Position numbers and translations under genes: made by a program
DNA from: a virus
Taxonomy: Duplodnaviria; Caudoviricetes
Virus record (IMG/VR): IMGVR_UViG_3300015245_000530
Location: 1-54,908 of that record
Direction: 5' to 3' (one strand)
Length of the DNA stretch: 54,908 bases
Shown here: positions 1-8,143 of the stretch, in pieces
Position numbering within the stretch: position 1 is the stretch's first letter
Layout of the letters: the number at the start of each line of letters is the position of its first letter
The notes under the pieces: model-generated
What the model was told of the DNA's origin: nothing
Seen by the model: only the letters and a program-made list of their open reading frames with translations
Database searches by the model: none

Positions 1-392
1 CCTCGCGGGAAGCCTACAAGATGGCTCGCGTCGAGCCCCTCGACCTCAGCTTCGTCGAGAGCCACGACTGCTTCTCGATCTCCGAGATCATCGAGTACGA
101 GGACCTCGGCTTCTGCAAGAAAGGCGAGGGCGGGAAATTCATCGAGGAGGGCAACCCGTACATCGGCGGTAAAATTCCGTTCAACACGCGCGGAGGGCTC
201 CTCGGTATGGGCCACCCGCTCGGCGCCACGGGCGTCTCCCAGACGTGCGAAGTCCTGTGGCAGTTCCAGAACAAGGTCGAGCGTCAGCGTCAAGGCGCGG
301 GCGCCGAACTCGCGATGACGCACAACCTTTCGGGCGCTGCCAACGTGCACAGCGTGCTCGTGTGGGGCCGCTCGCCGACGGTGGGGGGATGA
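1..392 (+). CDS. Thiolase (SCP2/archaeal-type acetyl-CoA acyltransferase family), C-terminal part, 5'-truncated by the window edge
   Basis: Motifs ESHDCFSISEIIEYEDLGFC, NTRGGLLGMGHPLGATG and THNLSG; the frame is open upstream of ATG21 (SREAYKM...). Confidence 0.9.
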   Translation, partial: SREAYKMARVEPLDLSFVESHDCFSISEIIEYEDLGFCKKGEGGKFIEEGNPYIGGKIPFNTRGGLLGMGHPLGATGVSQTCEVLWQFQNKVERQRQGAGAELAMTHNLSGAANVHSVLVWGRSPTVGG

Positions 393-499
393 ACGTGAGC
401 GCGAGGACTTCCGCCCACGACGCCGCGATGGCGGGCAAGAGCCAAGACAAAATTCCGCCTACGAGCCAAACGCCCGAGCCGCTGCCGTATCTCCTCGAC
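389..499 (+). pseudogene. 5' part of the gene following the thiolase (possibly a DUF35 OB-fold partner), cut at the junction with phage DNA
   Basis: ATGA overlap with the thiolase stop; reads MNVSART...PEPLPYLLD, then runs into antisense phage primase sequence. Identity is inferred from common thiolase/DUF35 synteny. Confidence 0.35.
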
Positions 500-520
500 G
501 AAGCTGTCCTGGAATCGCAT
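476..520 (-). pseudogene. N-terminal fragment of a DnaG-type (CHC2) primase, truncated at the junction
   Basis: MRFQDSFVEEIRQRL resembles the alphaproteobacterial DnaG start (MRF..F..E.R.RL); similarity stops abruptly at ~475; a TTGACG promoter-like site lies upstream at 584-591. Confidence 0.55.
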
Positions 521-591
521 CTATCATCCGGCCGGGTGCTGCGCTGTTTTCGAGGCACGATTAACGGCCGGACGGCGCCTCGGCGTCAACA

Positions 592-1179
592 TCACTCGGC
601 GGCCTGCCTGAACTTCCCGACCTCGTTGCCCCACGACGTCCACCCGGTCGCCTCGCTCCGCGCGAAAAGCTCCAAGTAAGGTCCGTCGACGAGCCGCATG
701 ATGCGGTCGCGAACGCAGTCAGGTTTGCGGGAATGCTCGCGCCTGGGCTCGATGATGCCCATGCGCACGCCGCGGTTCCTGCGCTTCGGGTTCCCGCGCG
801 TGGCCAGAAGACAAGGTTCGCTGTTGGTCCTCGTCCAATACCCCAAGCTTATCGTCGGCTCGGGGTAATCGCACGACATGTCGGCGCCGCGGACTTTCAT
901 CCAATCGAAGCCGCACGTCTTGTAGTCGAACCCCCAGGTCCGCATTAACTCAAACGCGTCGGGAAGATGGGGCCATGAGACCCACACAAACAGGCAACAA
1001 TCGTCCGCGGCCAAGTCGCCAACCGGCATCGCGGCCACCTGCGCCGTCGTCATCGTGTCGTAGTAACGCTCGGCGCTGCGCTTTTTTCCCTTGCCGCTGT
1101 AGGCTGCGAAGGTCCAAGGAGGATCAACTAATATCGCCCCGAAGTGTCTCCTCGGAAGGCCACCGAAGATGTCGCTCAT
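592..1179 (-). CDS. MT-A70 family N6-adenine methyltransferase
   Basis: DPPW catalytic motif, LGYWTRTNSEPCLLATRG, REHSRKP, YLELFAR, GWTSWGNE. Confidence 0.93.
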   Translation of the reverse strand: MSDIFGGLPRRHFGAILVDPPWTFAAYSGKGKKRSAERYYDTMTTAQVAAMPVGDLAADDCCLFVWVSWPHLPDAFELMRTWGFDYKTCGFDWMKVRGADMSCDYPEPTISLGYWTRTNSEPCLLATRGNPKRRNRGVRMGIIEPRREHSRKPDCVRDRIMRLVDGPYLELFARSEATGWTSWGNEVGKFRQAAE

Positions 1180-1661
1180 GGATGTCCCAGGTCAATCAGT
1201 TTTTTGATTTCCGCCTGCGCCTCGGCCACGCTGAGGACTCGTATTTCCTTTGAGGGGAATCCTGACCCGACCTGCCGTTTGAGCCATGACCGCGCTCCCG
1301 GCCTCATACCGTTGCCGTCGAGAATAATCCAAACATGTCGCTCCGGCATGGCGTCCTTAGCGTTGTGGAACAGGTAGGGGAACTTCTCGTCCACGGTGCC
1401 GGTGCTGTGCTGCGCCACGCATTCGATGCGCAACAAAGCGACGCTATCGGCTGCGAACACGAAGTCGCTCTTCGTCTTGCACCCGTAGATCGACGTGTAG
1501 GGATCGTCCCTCACCAGCACCTTCTTCGAGAACATGTCCCTGGTGTCGCCGTTGCCAGATCCATAATCGATCACAGGAACGTTGCGGCACCTGAACGTGG
1601 TTGCCACCATCTCGTGAAGGACGTTCCCAGACCTGACCGCCTCTTGACCCGAATCGCTCAT
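1176..1661 (-). CDS. PD-(D/E)XK restriction-endonuclease-like protein
   Basis: SDFV...RIECxxQ..TGTVDEKFPYL...IILDG.G pattern; ATG1661 has a GAGGG RBS; ATGA-coupled to the methylase. Confidence 0.65.
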   Translation of the reverse strand: MSDSGQEAVRSGNVLHEMVATTFRCRNVPVIDYGSGNGDTRDMFSKKVLVRDDPYTSIYGCKTKSDFVFAADSVALLRIECVAQHSTGTVDEKFPYLFHNAKDAMPERHVWIILDGNGMRPGARSWLKRQVGSGFPSKEIRVLSVAEAQAEIKKLIDLGHP

Positions 1662-1730
1662 GTTGCCCTCGCGTCTCATTTTTTCACCGAGGTTAAAAAG
1701 CCGTTCGCGTCTCGTCACGTCAACAGCGCC

Positions 1731-2237
1731 TCAAAACAGCAAGCCAGTAATGACCCAGCACTCGAACTGCCAGCATGGGTTGGCGCCGTAGAATTTTCTC
1801 ACGACGCTCTCGACGAAAAGGTTGTCGTCATGGAACACGATGCCTTTGAGCGCGTCCCTTATCTTCAGCAAATTGTCGTCGTCCGGCTTGACGATCGGCC
1901 GCAGGATGCCGCCGAGGGCCTGCTCGCGAAACCTGCCCGACTTGCTAGGTGGCACCGCGAACACCGCAGTGAGCCGACAACGCAGCATGCACTCGGCGAA
2001 CACGGATCGGCCGGCCATCGCCTTCTCGCCGGCGAACTTCACCTCGGCCTCATAACTGCGAGTGCTTGTATCCTGGAACGCCATGGCGCGATCTTGGAAT
2101 CGTCCTTTGGCAGGGTTAGCCTTGAGGATGCCGGCGCGCGGCGCCCCCTTCCCCTTCGGTGGGCCCGGAAGGTACACGACGACGTCGGGTTCGCGCTTCG
2201 TCGCCGGCAGGTGGGAGCGGACGGTCGCGTCGAGCAT
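1731..2237 (-). CDS. rusA: RusA-family Holliday junction resolvase
   Basis: PKGKGAPR N-terminal motif and KPDDDNLLK..DALKGIVFHDD catalytic signature. Confidence 0.88.
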   Translation of the reverse strand: MLDATVRSHLPATKREPDVVVYLPGPPKGKGAPRAGILKANPAKGRFQDRAMAFQDTSTRSYEAEVKFAGEKAMAGRSVFAECMLRCRLTAVFAVPPSKSGRFREQALGGILRPIVKPDDDNLLKIRDALKGIVFHDDNLFVESVVRKFYGANPCWQFECWVITGLLF

Positions 2238-2689
2238 TACGCTGCTGCCCGTCGGTTAAGATTCCACGCCTCCAACGTATCAGCATGTTTGGCAAGAGCC
2301 GCGCTCTGTCGTCTCATTCGCCCGACGTTGAAATCGACATCTTCGTCAGTCATGGAGTCGCGCAATACATAGGTTGGTTCTTCACCTCCCAATCCCATTC
2401 TTGCTGCCGGATATCGCTGTTGAAGTCCTTCGAAAAATTCACCTTGTTTGGAATCAGGAGCTTCCGTTGACGCAGGATCGAACATTTCGGCCAACAAACG
2501 TCTTGCAATTTGACGTGCTGATTGATGCGCGAGGTCATAAACGATTGGATTATTTTTTCGCAACCGCAAAGCTTTGAGGTCGCGCATAGCTTCGGTAGCG
2601 ACCCACGCTGGACTGATTTTAAGTTGGTCGTTTCTTTTGTTGATGATACGCGAGATCACCGCCGCCGCTTGTTCACCCTCTTTAGTCAT
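2237..2689 (-). CDS. Hypothetical phage protein (AT-richer segment)
   Basis: 150-aa ORF coupled to both neighbours. Confidence 0.7.
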   Translation of the reverse strand: MTKEGEQAAAVISRIINKRNDQLKISPAWVATEAMRDLKALRLRKNNPIVYDLAHQSARQIARRLLAEMFDPASTEAPDSKQGEFFEGLQQRYPAARMGLGGEEPTYVLRDSMTDEDVDFNVGRMRRQSAALAKHADTLEAWNLNRRAAA

Positions 2690-3287
2690 GGTCGTATTCC
2701 TCTACGCGTCTGAGCCATGCAGCTATCAATGGCGCCAACCTGATGACGTCGGAACGCATAGCCCCTGTCATCGTCTCAAACAAATCGCACGGCGAACGAT
2801 CTAGCGGTGCATCACGCTCGAAATCTCGCAGTCTTCCCCACAACCATAGCGCTTTCTCGTCGACTAGATTTTGTTTCGGTGGCGTTGCGCTAGCGATGAT
2901 TCCATTCGTGGTCGGCTTAGTCGCAGAATTCAATGCCGCTTCGAATTGTTGATCGGGAACGGCGGCGAGTTTTTCCCAAGCCTTAGCCTGCCTTGGTGAA
3001 ATCCCTGCATCGTGGAGTTTTTTTGATTTAGGGACCACAGCGGACCCTAAATCCTTTTTGCGTTTTCCAGGATTTGAACGATTGAGTTTCGCCGACAATT
3101 GCCCTGCCTTGCGTTCGGCTCGTAATCTGATCTCGCAAGCTCGACGTTCGTTTTCGGTATTGTGGGCAAGACGTGAATACATCTCCAAAGCTAATGCTTT
3201 GTCGCGAATATCCTTCACCTCGTCTACTTTATAGGTGATCGCGATGGCGCGGACCATCGCATCATATTTGACGAGGCCATTGCTCAT
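2682..3287 (-). CDS. Conserved phage protein (LVKYDA...VDEVKDIRDKA...EIRLRAERKAG family)
   Basis: Recognisable phage N-terminal domain often seen fused to or beside DNA methylases; 201-aa ORF. Confidence 0.7.
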   Translation of the reverse strand: MSNGLVKYDAMVRAIAITYKVDEVKDIRDKALALEMYSRLAHNTENERRACEIRLRAERKAGQLSAKLNRSNPGKRKKDLGSAVVPKSKKLHDAGISPRQAKAWEKLAAVPDQQFEAALNSATKPTTNGIIASATPPKQNLVDEKALWLWGRLRDFERDAPLDRSPCDLFETMTGAMRSDVIRLAPLIAAWLRRVEEYDHD

Positions 3288-4009
3288 CAGAGTTCATCCT
3301 CCGCCTGCGCCGCCGGCGGCAGCCGCGACGCCCCGAACCCGGCCGCGGGCCCGTCGTCTTCGACCCCGTCCACGTGGCCGTGCTCCGCCTCCGAGGCCGA
3401 CGCGTCGTCGTTGCCACAGGCCGTTCGCGCGCCAGCGTCGCCCTCGTCGGCCTCGGTCTTCTGGATGCCCTCGCGCACGCGCCGCGCGGTCTCGTCGTGG
3501 TAGCCGGCGAGGTAGGCCTGCCCGTTCTCGCTGTCCGGGGGGTACGACGCGCCGGCTATCTTGCCCTCCTGGCAGTCGCGTACGCCGTGCGCGTATGCCT
3601 CGTCTACGCTCGTCGCCCTCGGCGGCTGGGCGAACAGGTCGAACTGGTTCGACATCGGGTGGCCCATCCACTTCGCCACGCGGAGCCGCAGCTCGACCTC
3701 GGCGCGGACCTTCAGCGCCTTCTTCGCCGGGCCGGCGAGCGCGTCGGCGACCTCGAACTCCTTCACGAAGAACCCGTCCGCCTTGAGCGCCGCCTTCAGG
3801 TCATTCTCGATCTTGTCGAGGACCTTGCGCTTGGCCTGCCACTCGTTCCACGTGCCGCGATGCTGGTGGAAGTTCGCCTGCACCGCGTCGGCGTCCGGCC
3901 TGCCGTTGTGGCCGTTCGTCACCATGCCGTCGGCCGATGGAACCGGCGCGGCCTTCGGCGCCTTCTTCCTCGCCGGTTTCGAGGTTCCCGCAGCCGCCTT
4001 CTTCGCCAT
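3287..4009 (-). CDS. Phage protein with GapR-like coiled segment and Rmf/CrpP-like motif
   Basis: DLKAALKADGF (GapR/DUF2312-like) and AYAHGVRD..EGK...YP...AYLAGY; Lys/Ala-rich N-terminus. Confidence 0.55.
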   Translation of the reverse strand: MAKKAAAGTSKPARKKAPKAAPVPSADGMVTNGHNGRPDADAVQANFHQHRGTWNEWQAKRKVLDKIENDLKAALKADGFFVKEFEVADALAGPAKKALKVRAEVELRLRVAKWMGHPMSNQFDLFAQPPRATSVDEAYAHGVRDCQEGKIAGASYPPDSENGQAYLAGYHDETARRVREGIQKTEADEGDAGARTACGNDDASASEAEHGHVDGVEDDGPAAGFGASRLPPAAQAEDEL

Positions 4010-4060
4010 GTCAAAACTCCATTGCTGGGTTCAAAAAAACTTGCGTGTGGTGTTCATTGC

Positions 4061-4426
4061 TCAGGCGGCGCTGGCGCCCCCGCGCTGCTGCGCCGGCTTC
4101 TTCGGCGCTGCCATGATCCTCCTCGGCGGCGGCCTGTTCGCGCTGCGCCTCGGCCACGCCCTGCGCACGTCGCGCTCCCACCGGTCGGAGAAGAAGCCCA
4201 TCGCCCGGTCGAACATCTCGGTGCGCAGCACGTTGGGGTTCTGCTCCAGCTCGTCGAAGAAGCTCGTCCTGCCGACGGCGTACCTGCCCACGGTCGACGG
4301 GCTGTACCCGGTCGCTTCGCCGTAGGCCCTCGCAACCAGCAGCAGCTCGGCCGCGAGCGTCCTCGTGACCGGCCCCGGCGCGCCGGCGCATTGCGGGGGC
4401 GGCGCCCCCTGTTTTCCCTTCGGCAA
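4061..4426 (-). CDS. Cro-like HTH regulator (alphaproteobacterial phage type); start uncertain
   Basis: LLLVARAYGEATGYSPSTVGR...FDRAMGFFSDRW pattern; first gene of the leftward operon. Confidence 0.6.
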   Translation of the reverse strand: MPKGKQGAPPPQCAGAPGPVTRTLAAELLLVARAYGEATGYSPSTVGRYAVGRTSFFDELEQNPNVLRTEMFDRAMGFFSDRWERDVRRAWPRRSANRPPPRRIMAAPKKPAQQRGGASAA

Positions 4427-4498
4427 GATCGCGGTCTCCCCTTATAAAAAGCTGGCTTACCAACTTGGATTTGGACGCTACGTGCCTTTCGGACTCGG

Positions 4499-4507
4499 CG
4501 TCAACAG
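4499..4507 (-). promoter_or_regulatory. Leftward promoter -35 (CTGTTGACG)
   Basis: TTGACG sigma70-type -35 upstream of the leftward operon; the same 9-mer recurs upstream of several genes. Confidence 0.5.
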
Positions 4508-4540
4508 CCGGGCCGCCGAAGGCGAGTCCCGGCGACAAGT

Positions 4541-4772
4541 CCAGGGACAACGCAGCCACGAGTCACAGAGACAGGGGGACCTTGCGGTCCCTGTCTTGCT
4601 TTCTTTGCAGAGCAAGAGGCCGCGCGCGTTCTTTATATGGCGGAGACGCCAGGGACATCCCTCAGAGACATGTCCCTGGCGATGTCTCTGGGATTCCCAG
4701 GGACATTGTCTCTGTTGAAATCAAACGTTAATTTTTATTTTCCGGCGACATGTCCCTGGCGATGTCTCTGGG
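4541..4772. repeat. Cluster of CAG(G/A)GACA / TGTC(C/T)CTG direct and inverted repeats with an AT-rich tract; candidate origin or operator array
   Basis: 26-bp exact direct repeat GACATGTCCCTGGCGATGTCTCTGGG at 4667-4692 and 4747-4772; inverted repeat GCCAGGGACA 4648-4657 / TGTCCCTGGC 4671-4680; further half-sites at 4541, 4566, 4698 and 4707; AT tract 4715-4741. Confidence 0.8.
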
Positions 4773-4829
4773 GCCCGTCGGGCGGTTGTCGCTGGCGGAA
4801 TGGAAGCTTTCTTCGAGCGCGCTTGCCCG

Positions 4830-4860
4830 CTGTTGACGCCCCGCGACGGGTGACAATAAC
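4830..4860 (+). promoter_or_regulatory. Rightward early promoter
   Basis: CTGTTGACG...ACAATAAC followed by an AAGGAG RBS and ATG4887. Confidence 0.55.
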
Positions 4861-4886
4861 GTCGGCGCGAACCAAAGGAGCGGCGC

Positions 4887-6146
4887 ATGAAGATCATCGA
4901 GTTGCAGGTCGAGGGCATCAAGCGGATCCGGGCGGTGACGATCCGGCCGGACGGGTCGCTCGTGGAGGTCACGGGCGCGAACGGCGAGGGCAAGACCTCG
5001 ACGCTCGACGCGATGTGGATGGCGTTCAAGGGCAGGTGCGGCGTCATCGAGCCGGTCCGCAGGGGCGAGGAGCGGGGCCACATCAAGGTCACGTGCGGCA
5101 ACGACGCGGGCGAGACGAAGTTGGTGGTCACCCGCACGTTCCGCAGGGACAAGCAGGGCGACGTCACGATGGACCTCAAGGTCGTCCAGGCCGACGGCGC
5201 CGAGGTGAGGAGATCCCCGCAGGCCATGCTCGACGCCCTCGTCGGGTCGATGTCGTTCGACCCGCTTGAGTTCTCCAGGATGGGCCCCAAGGACCAGTTC
5301 GGCGTCCTCTCGGCCTTCGTGACGGGGTTCGACTTCGACGCCAACGCCTCAGAGCGCAAGAGGCTCTACGACGAGCGCACGGCGGTCAACCGGCGCACGC
5401 ACGCGGCCGAAGCTTCGATCCAGACGGCGGGCTTTCCGCCGGGCCCGAAGCCGAAGCCGGTCGACGTATCCGCCGCCGTGGACGAACTGCAGAAGGGCGC
5501 CGAGGCCAACGCGAGGGTAACCTCCGCGGCGCGCCAGCGCCTGGAAAGCAGGAACCAGGTTGAGCGCTGGAGGGACGAGGCTGAGCAGCTGCGCGCCCGG
5601 GCGGCGACCATCGACAAGCGGGCGAACTCCGAGGAGACGATCCTGGCCGCGCTGGCCCCGCTCCCCGACATGAAGGACCTCATCGCGCTGCGCGCCGAGA
5701 TCGCCAGGGCCGAGGACGTCAAGAACATCATCGCGGTTCACGAGCGCCGCGAACACAAACAGGCCGAGGCCAGCGCCGCCAGGTCGGAGTCCGAGACCAT
5801 AACCCGCGAGATCGAGGCGCTGGACGCAGCCAAGCGCAACGCCATCGCGGCGGCCTCGATGCCGGTGCCGGAGCTCACGCTCGGCGACGGGGTCGTGCTC
5901 TACAAGGGCATCCCGTTCGCCGACGCTTCGCACGCCGAGAAGCTCGTGGTGTCGGCGTCGGTCGCGATGGCCGAGAACCCGGAGCTGCGCGTCATCCGCT
6001 GCTACGAGGGGTCGAACCTCGACAGGAAGTCGCTCGGCATCCTCGCGGCGATGGCGGAGAGTCGACAGTATCAGGTCTGGATTGAGAAAGTAGACGAAAC
6101 CGGGGAAGTCGGTTTTGTTATTGAGGATGGTGAGCTAAAATCATGA
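4887..6146 (+). CDS. SMC/SbcC-like AAA ATPase of the phage recombination module
   Basis: Walker A GANGEGKT, long coiled coil, degenerate signature ASHAEKL, C-terminal QVWIE.V. Confidence 0.85.
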   Translation: MKIIELQVEGIKRIRAVTIRPDGSLVEVTGANGEGKTSTLDAMWMAFKGRCGVIEPVRRGEERGHIKVTCGNDAGETKLVVTRTFRRDKQGDVTMDLKVVQADGAEVRRSPQAMLDALVGSMSFDPLEFSRMGPKDQFGVLSAFVTGFDFDANASERKRLYDERTAVNRRTHAAEASIQTAGFPPGPKPKPVDVSAAVDELQKGAEANARVTSAARQRLESRNQVERWRDEAEQLRARAATIDKRANSEETILAALAPLPDMKDLIALRAEIARAEDVKNIIAVHERREHKQAEASAARSESETITREIEALDAAKRNAIAAASMPVPELTLGDGVVLYKGIPFADASHAEKLVVSASVAMAENPELRVIRCYEGSNLDRKSLGILAAMAESRQYQVWIEKVDETGEVGFVIEDGELKS

Positions 6147-6655
6147 CCGCCGAAAAGCACGGTCACGCTCACCGTGGCGCCAAGACGCGAGAATATCGTA
6201 TTTGGATAGGGATCATCACGCGTTGCGGCAATCCCAAGTCGGCCAATTATCCTTGGTATGGCGGTCGAGGAATCTAGATCTGCGACCGGTGGCGCCGATC
6301 GTTCGAGGCGTTCCTCGCTGATATGGGACAGTGTCCATCGCCGCAGCACACCATCGACCGATACCCGGACAAGGACGGGAACTACGAGCTAGCCAATTGC
6401 CGATGGGCGACAATATTGGAGCAAGGGTCGAACACCAGAAACTGCGTGGACATCGTATATCGTGGCAGAGAGATGAACATCTCATCTGCCGTTAGAGCGG
6501 CAGGAAATATTGTTGATGCCACGACGGCGTCCACGCGTATCCGAAGACTCGGATGGTCCGTCGCCGCTGCGGTTGAAACACCTGCTGGTCAACGTGGAGG
6601 GAACATCAACGAATGTAGGCAACGGCGGATCGCTGCCCATGAGGCAACGTCATGA
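6143..6655 (+). pseudogene. HNH-type homing-endonuclease-like gene with an in-frame TAG at 6275-6277
   Basis: MTAEKHG...EYRIW...RC.NP....YPWYGGRGI*ICDRW..SFEAFLADMG...TIDR...DGNYE..NCRWAT, all in one frame from ATG6143. Confidence 0.85.
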
Positions 6656-6846
6656 AGCGCCAACCCGCCGCTGGTTCCTTCCGTAGGGACGATAAGGAAC
6701 ATTTGCATCCGCAGATCGTGGTGCGCCTCGACCGCGAGACGTTCGACCAGGTCAGGGAACTGGCGGCGCGCGAGAACGTCAGTTTCTCCCAGAAGGCGCG
6801 CGACCTCATCGAGTGGGGTCTTGAAGTGGAAAGGCAGAATTCATGA
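6652..6846 (+). CDS. Ribbon-helix-helix (Arc/CopG-like) DNA-binding protein
   Basis: QIVVRLDRETFDQVRELAARENVSFSQKARDLIEWGL. Confidence 0.65.
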   Translation: MKRQPAAGSFRRDDKEHLHPQIVVRLDRETFDQVRELAARENVSFSQKARDLIEWGLEVERQNS

Positions 6847-7211
6847 GCGGGAAACCTGAGAGCAACGCCAACGTCGTCACGATCGAGGTGGCGAGCCACG
6901 ACCGCGTCGCCGACAGGTGGCGCAAGCAATACTTCAACAAGGCGACGGGCCGGTGGAATCAGGCTCAACACGGCGACACTGAGATCGTCCACCGCAGGCT
7001 CGTGGCGCTCGGCTCCAACCCCAGCGCCGAGGCCGTCGACGAGGTCATAGGCAACGTGTCGTGGACCAAATTGCTTTGCACCTCCTGTTGGAAGTATCAC
7101 CGCAAACTGGTCCGCATCGGCCGCAATGAGAACGACCCCAAGGTGTGCGCCGAATGCATCAAGGCGGCGCACGACGCGGCAGTCGCGATCCTCGCCGAGG
7201 TGTCGCCGTGA
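6843..7211 (+). CDS. Hypothetical protein with CxxC...CxxC zinc finger
   Basis: CTSC and CAEC; coupled overlaps with neighbours. Confidence 0.65.
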   Translation: MSGKPESNANVVTIEVASHDRVADRWRKQYFNKATGRWNQAQHGDTEIVHRRLVALGSNPSAEAVDEVIGNVSWTKLLCTSCWKYHRKLVRIGRNENDPKVCAECIKAAHDAAVAILAEVSP

Positions 7212-7507
7212 GCACCGCCGAGGCCGCCGAGGTAGCCGAGCTCGCGGGCTTGCTGCGCGAGGTGATGAGATGGTACCGCGACGCCACCAAGCAGGACGAG
7301 GTCATCCTCTCCCGCAACCTGAGCCACGACGCTTTCTGCGACGCCTACCTCAACGGCGAGGTCACAGCGGCCGGCGCCGAGCGCACCGACGGCGGCGACG
7401 CGTGGCATGACCTCGCCGGCATCATCGCGCGCGCCGAGGTCGCGCTGAGCACCACGAGGAAGGCGGTCCGGGCCAGGGCCGCCAAAGACCGCAGGAGGAA
7501 AGCATGA
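7208..7507 (+). CDS. Hypothetical protein
   Basis: GTGA-coupled start with a GAGG RBS; phage codon usage. Confidence 0.6.
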   Translation: MSTAEAAEVAELAGLLREVMRWYRDATKQDEVILSRNLSHDAFCDAYLNGEVTAAGAERTDGGDAWHDLAGIIARAEVALSTTRKAVRARAAKDRRRKA

Positions 7508-7758
7508 GCGTTGAGGGAATGCAGGTCCTAAAGACCGACATCGCGGCGATGCTGAGGGACGCCGTCGCGACCGGGTCAATCAGGGGCGAGGAGGCCGGCG
7601 CCGTGCTGGTGTTTCTGCTGGCGAAGATGGTGGCGCAAACGGTCGACGAGGAGACGCGCGTCGACCTGGTCGTGACGATCGTCGAGAACTTCAGCGCCGC
7701 CGTCCAGTTCGAGATGGACAACCTCAAGACCAACCCGACAATGGAAACTATGCAGTGA
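7504..7758 (+). CDS. Hypothetical protein
   Basis: AGGAGG RBS, ATGA overlap. Confidence 0.65.
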   Translation: MSVEGMQVLKTDIAAMLRDAVATGSIRGEEAGAVLVFLLAKMVAQTVDEETRVDLVVTIVENFSAAVQFEMDNLKTNPTMETMQ

Positions 7759-7826
7759 TGCGAGGCTGTTGACGCGGCGCCAATTCGGGACAAAGTGTCG
7801 ACGCGTAAACAAGAGGAGAAGACCTG

Positions 7827-8036
7827 ATGTCGGTTAGTCGGAAACTATTCGTCGTTTGGTTTGTGGTGATGAGCTTGTTCGCAACTCACGAAGCTTGCGC
7901 CCAGTGGCGCTGCGCCGGCTGCTACCGCAATTGGGGGCCGACCGCGTCGTATCCGCGCTCGAACAACTGGCGCATGGGCTACAGCGTGTGGCGCGGTTGG
8001 GGGAACCGCGGAGGATACGGGTTCTACGGTCGCTAA
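7827..8036 (+). CDS. Small secreted Trp/Tyr/Gly/Arg-rich peptide
   Basis: Signal-peptide-like N-terminus ending in ACA, mature region QWRCAGCYRNW...GGYGFYGR; own CTGTTGACG site at 7766 and GAGGAG RBS. Confidence 0.65.
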   Translation: MSVSRKLFVVWFVVMSLFATHEACAQWRCAGCYRNWGPTASYPRSNNWRMGYSVWRGWGNRGGYGFYGR

Positions 8037-8143
8037 TGACGCACCGGGCACGGTACGGGTGGCGCGCGAAGCTCAAGTGGCGCCATCCGCGCAAGTCAAG
8101 CATCCAGTCCAGATTCACAGAATCGTTAACGGAGGAACGTGCC

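Noticed and set aside
392-590. Prophage attachment site
   Set aside because: No integrase or tRNA nearby, and the boundary falls inside a phage replication gene.
4541-4772. CRISPR array
   Set aside because: Only two long copies plus mixed-orientation half-sites; no regular repeat-spacer series and no cas genes.
6275-6277. Genome-wide TAG recoding
   Set aside because: Only one internal TAG was found, and TAG acts as a normal stop for the capsid, the collar fibre and the tail chaperone.
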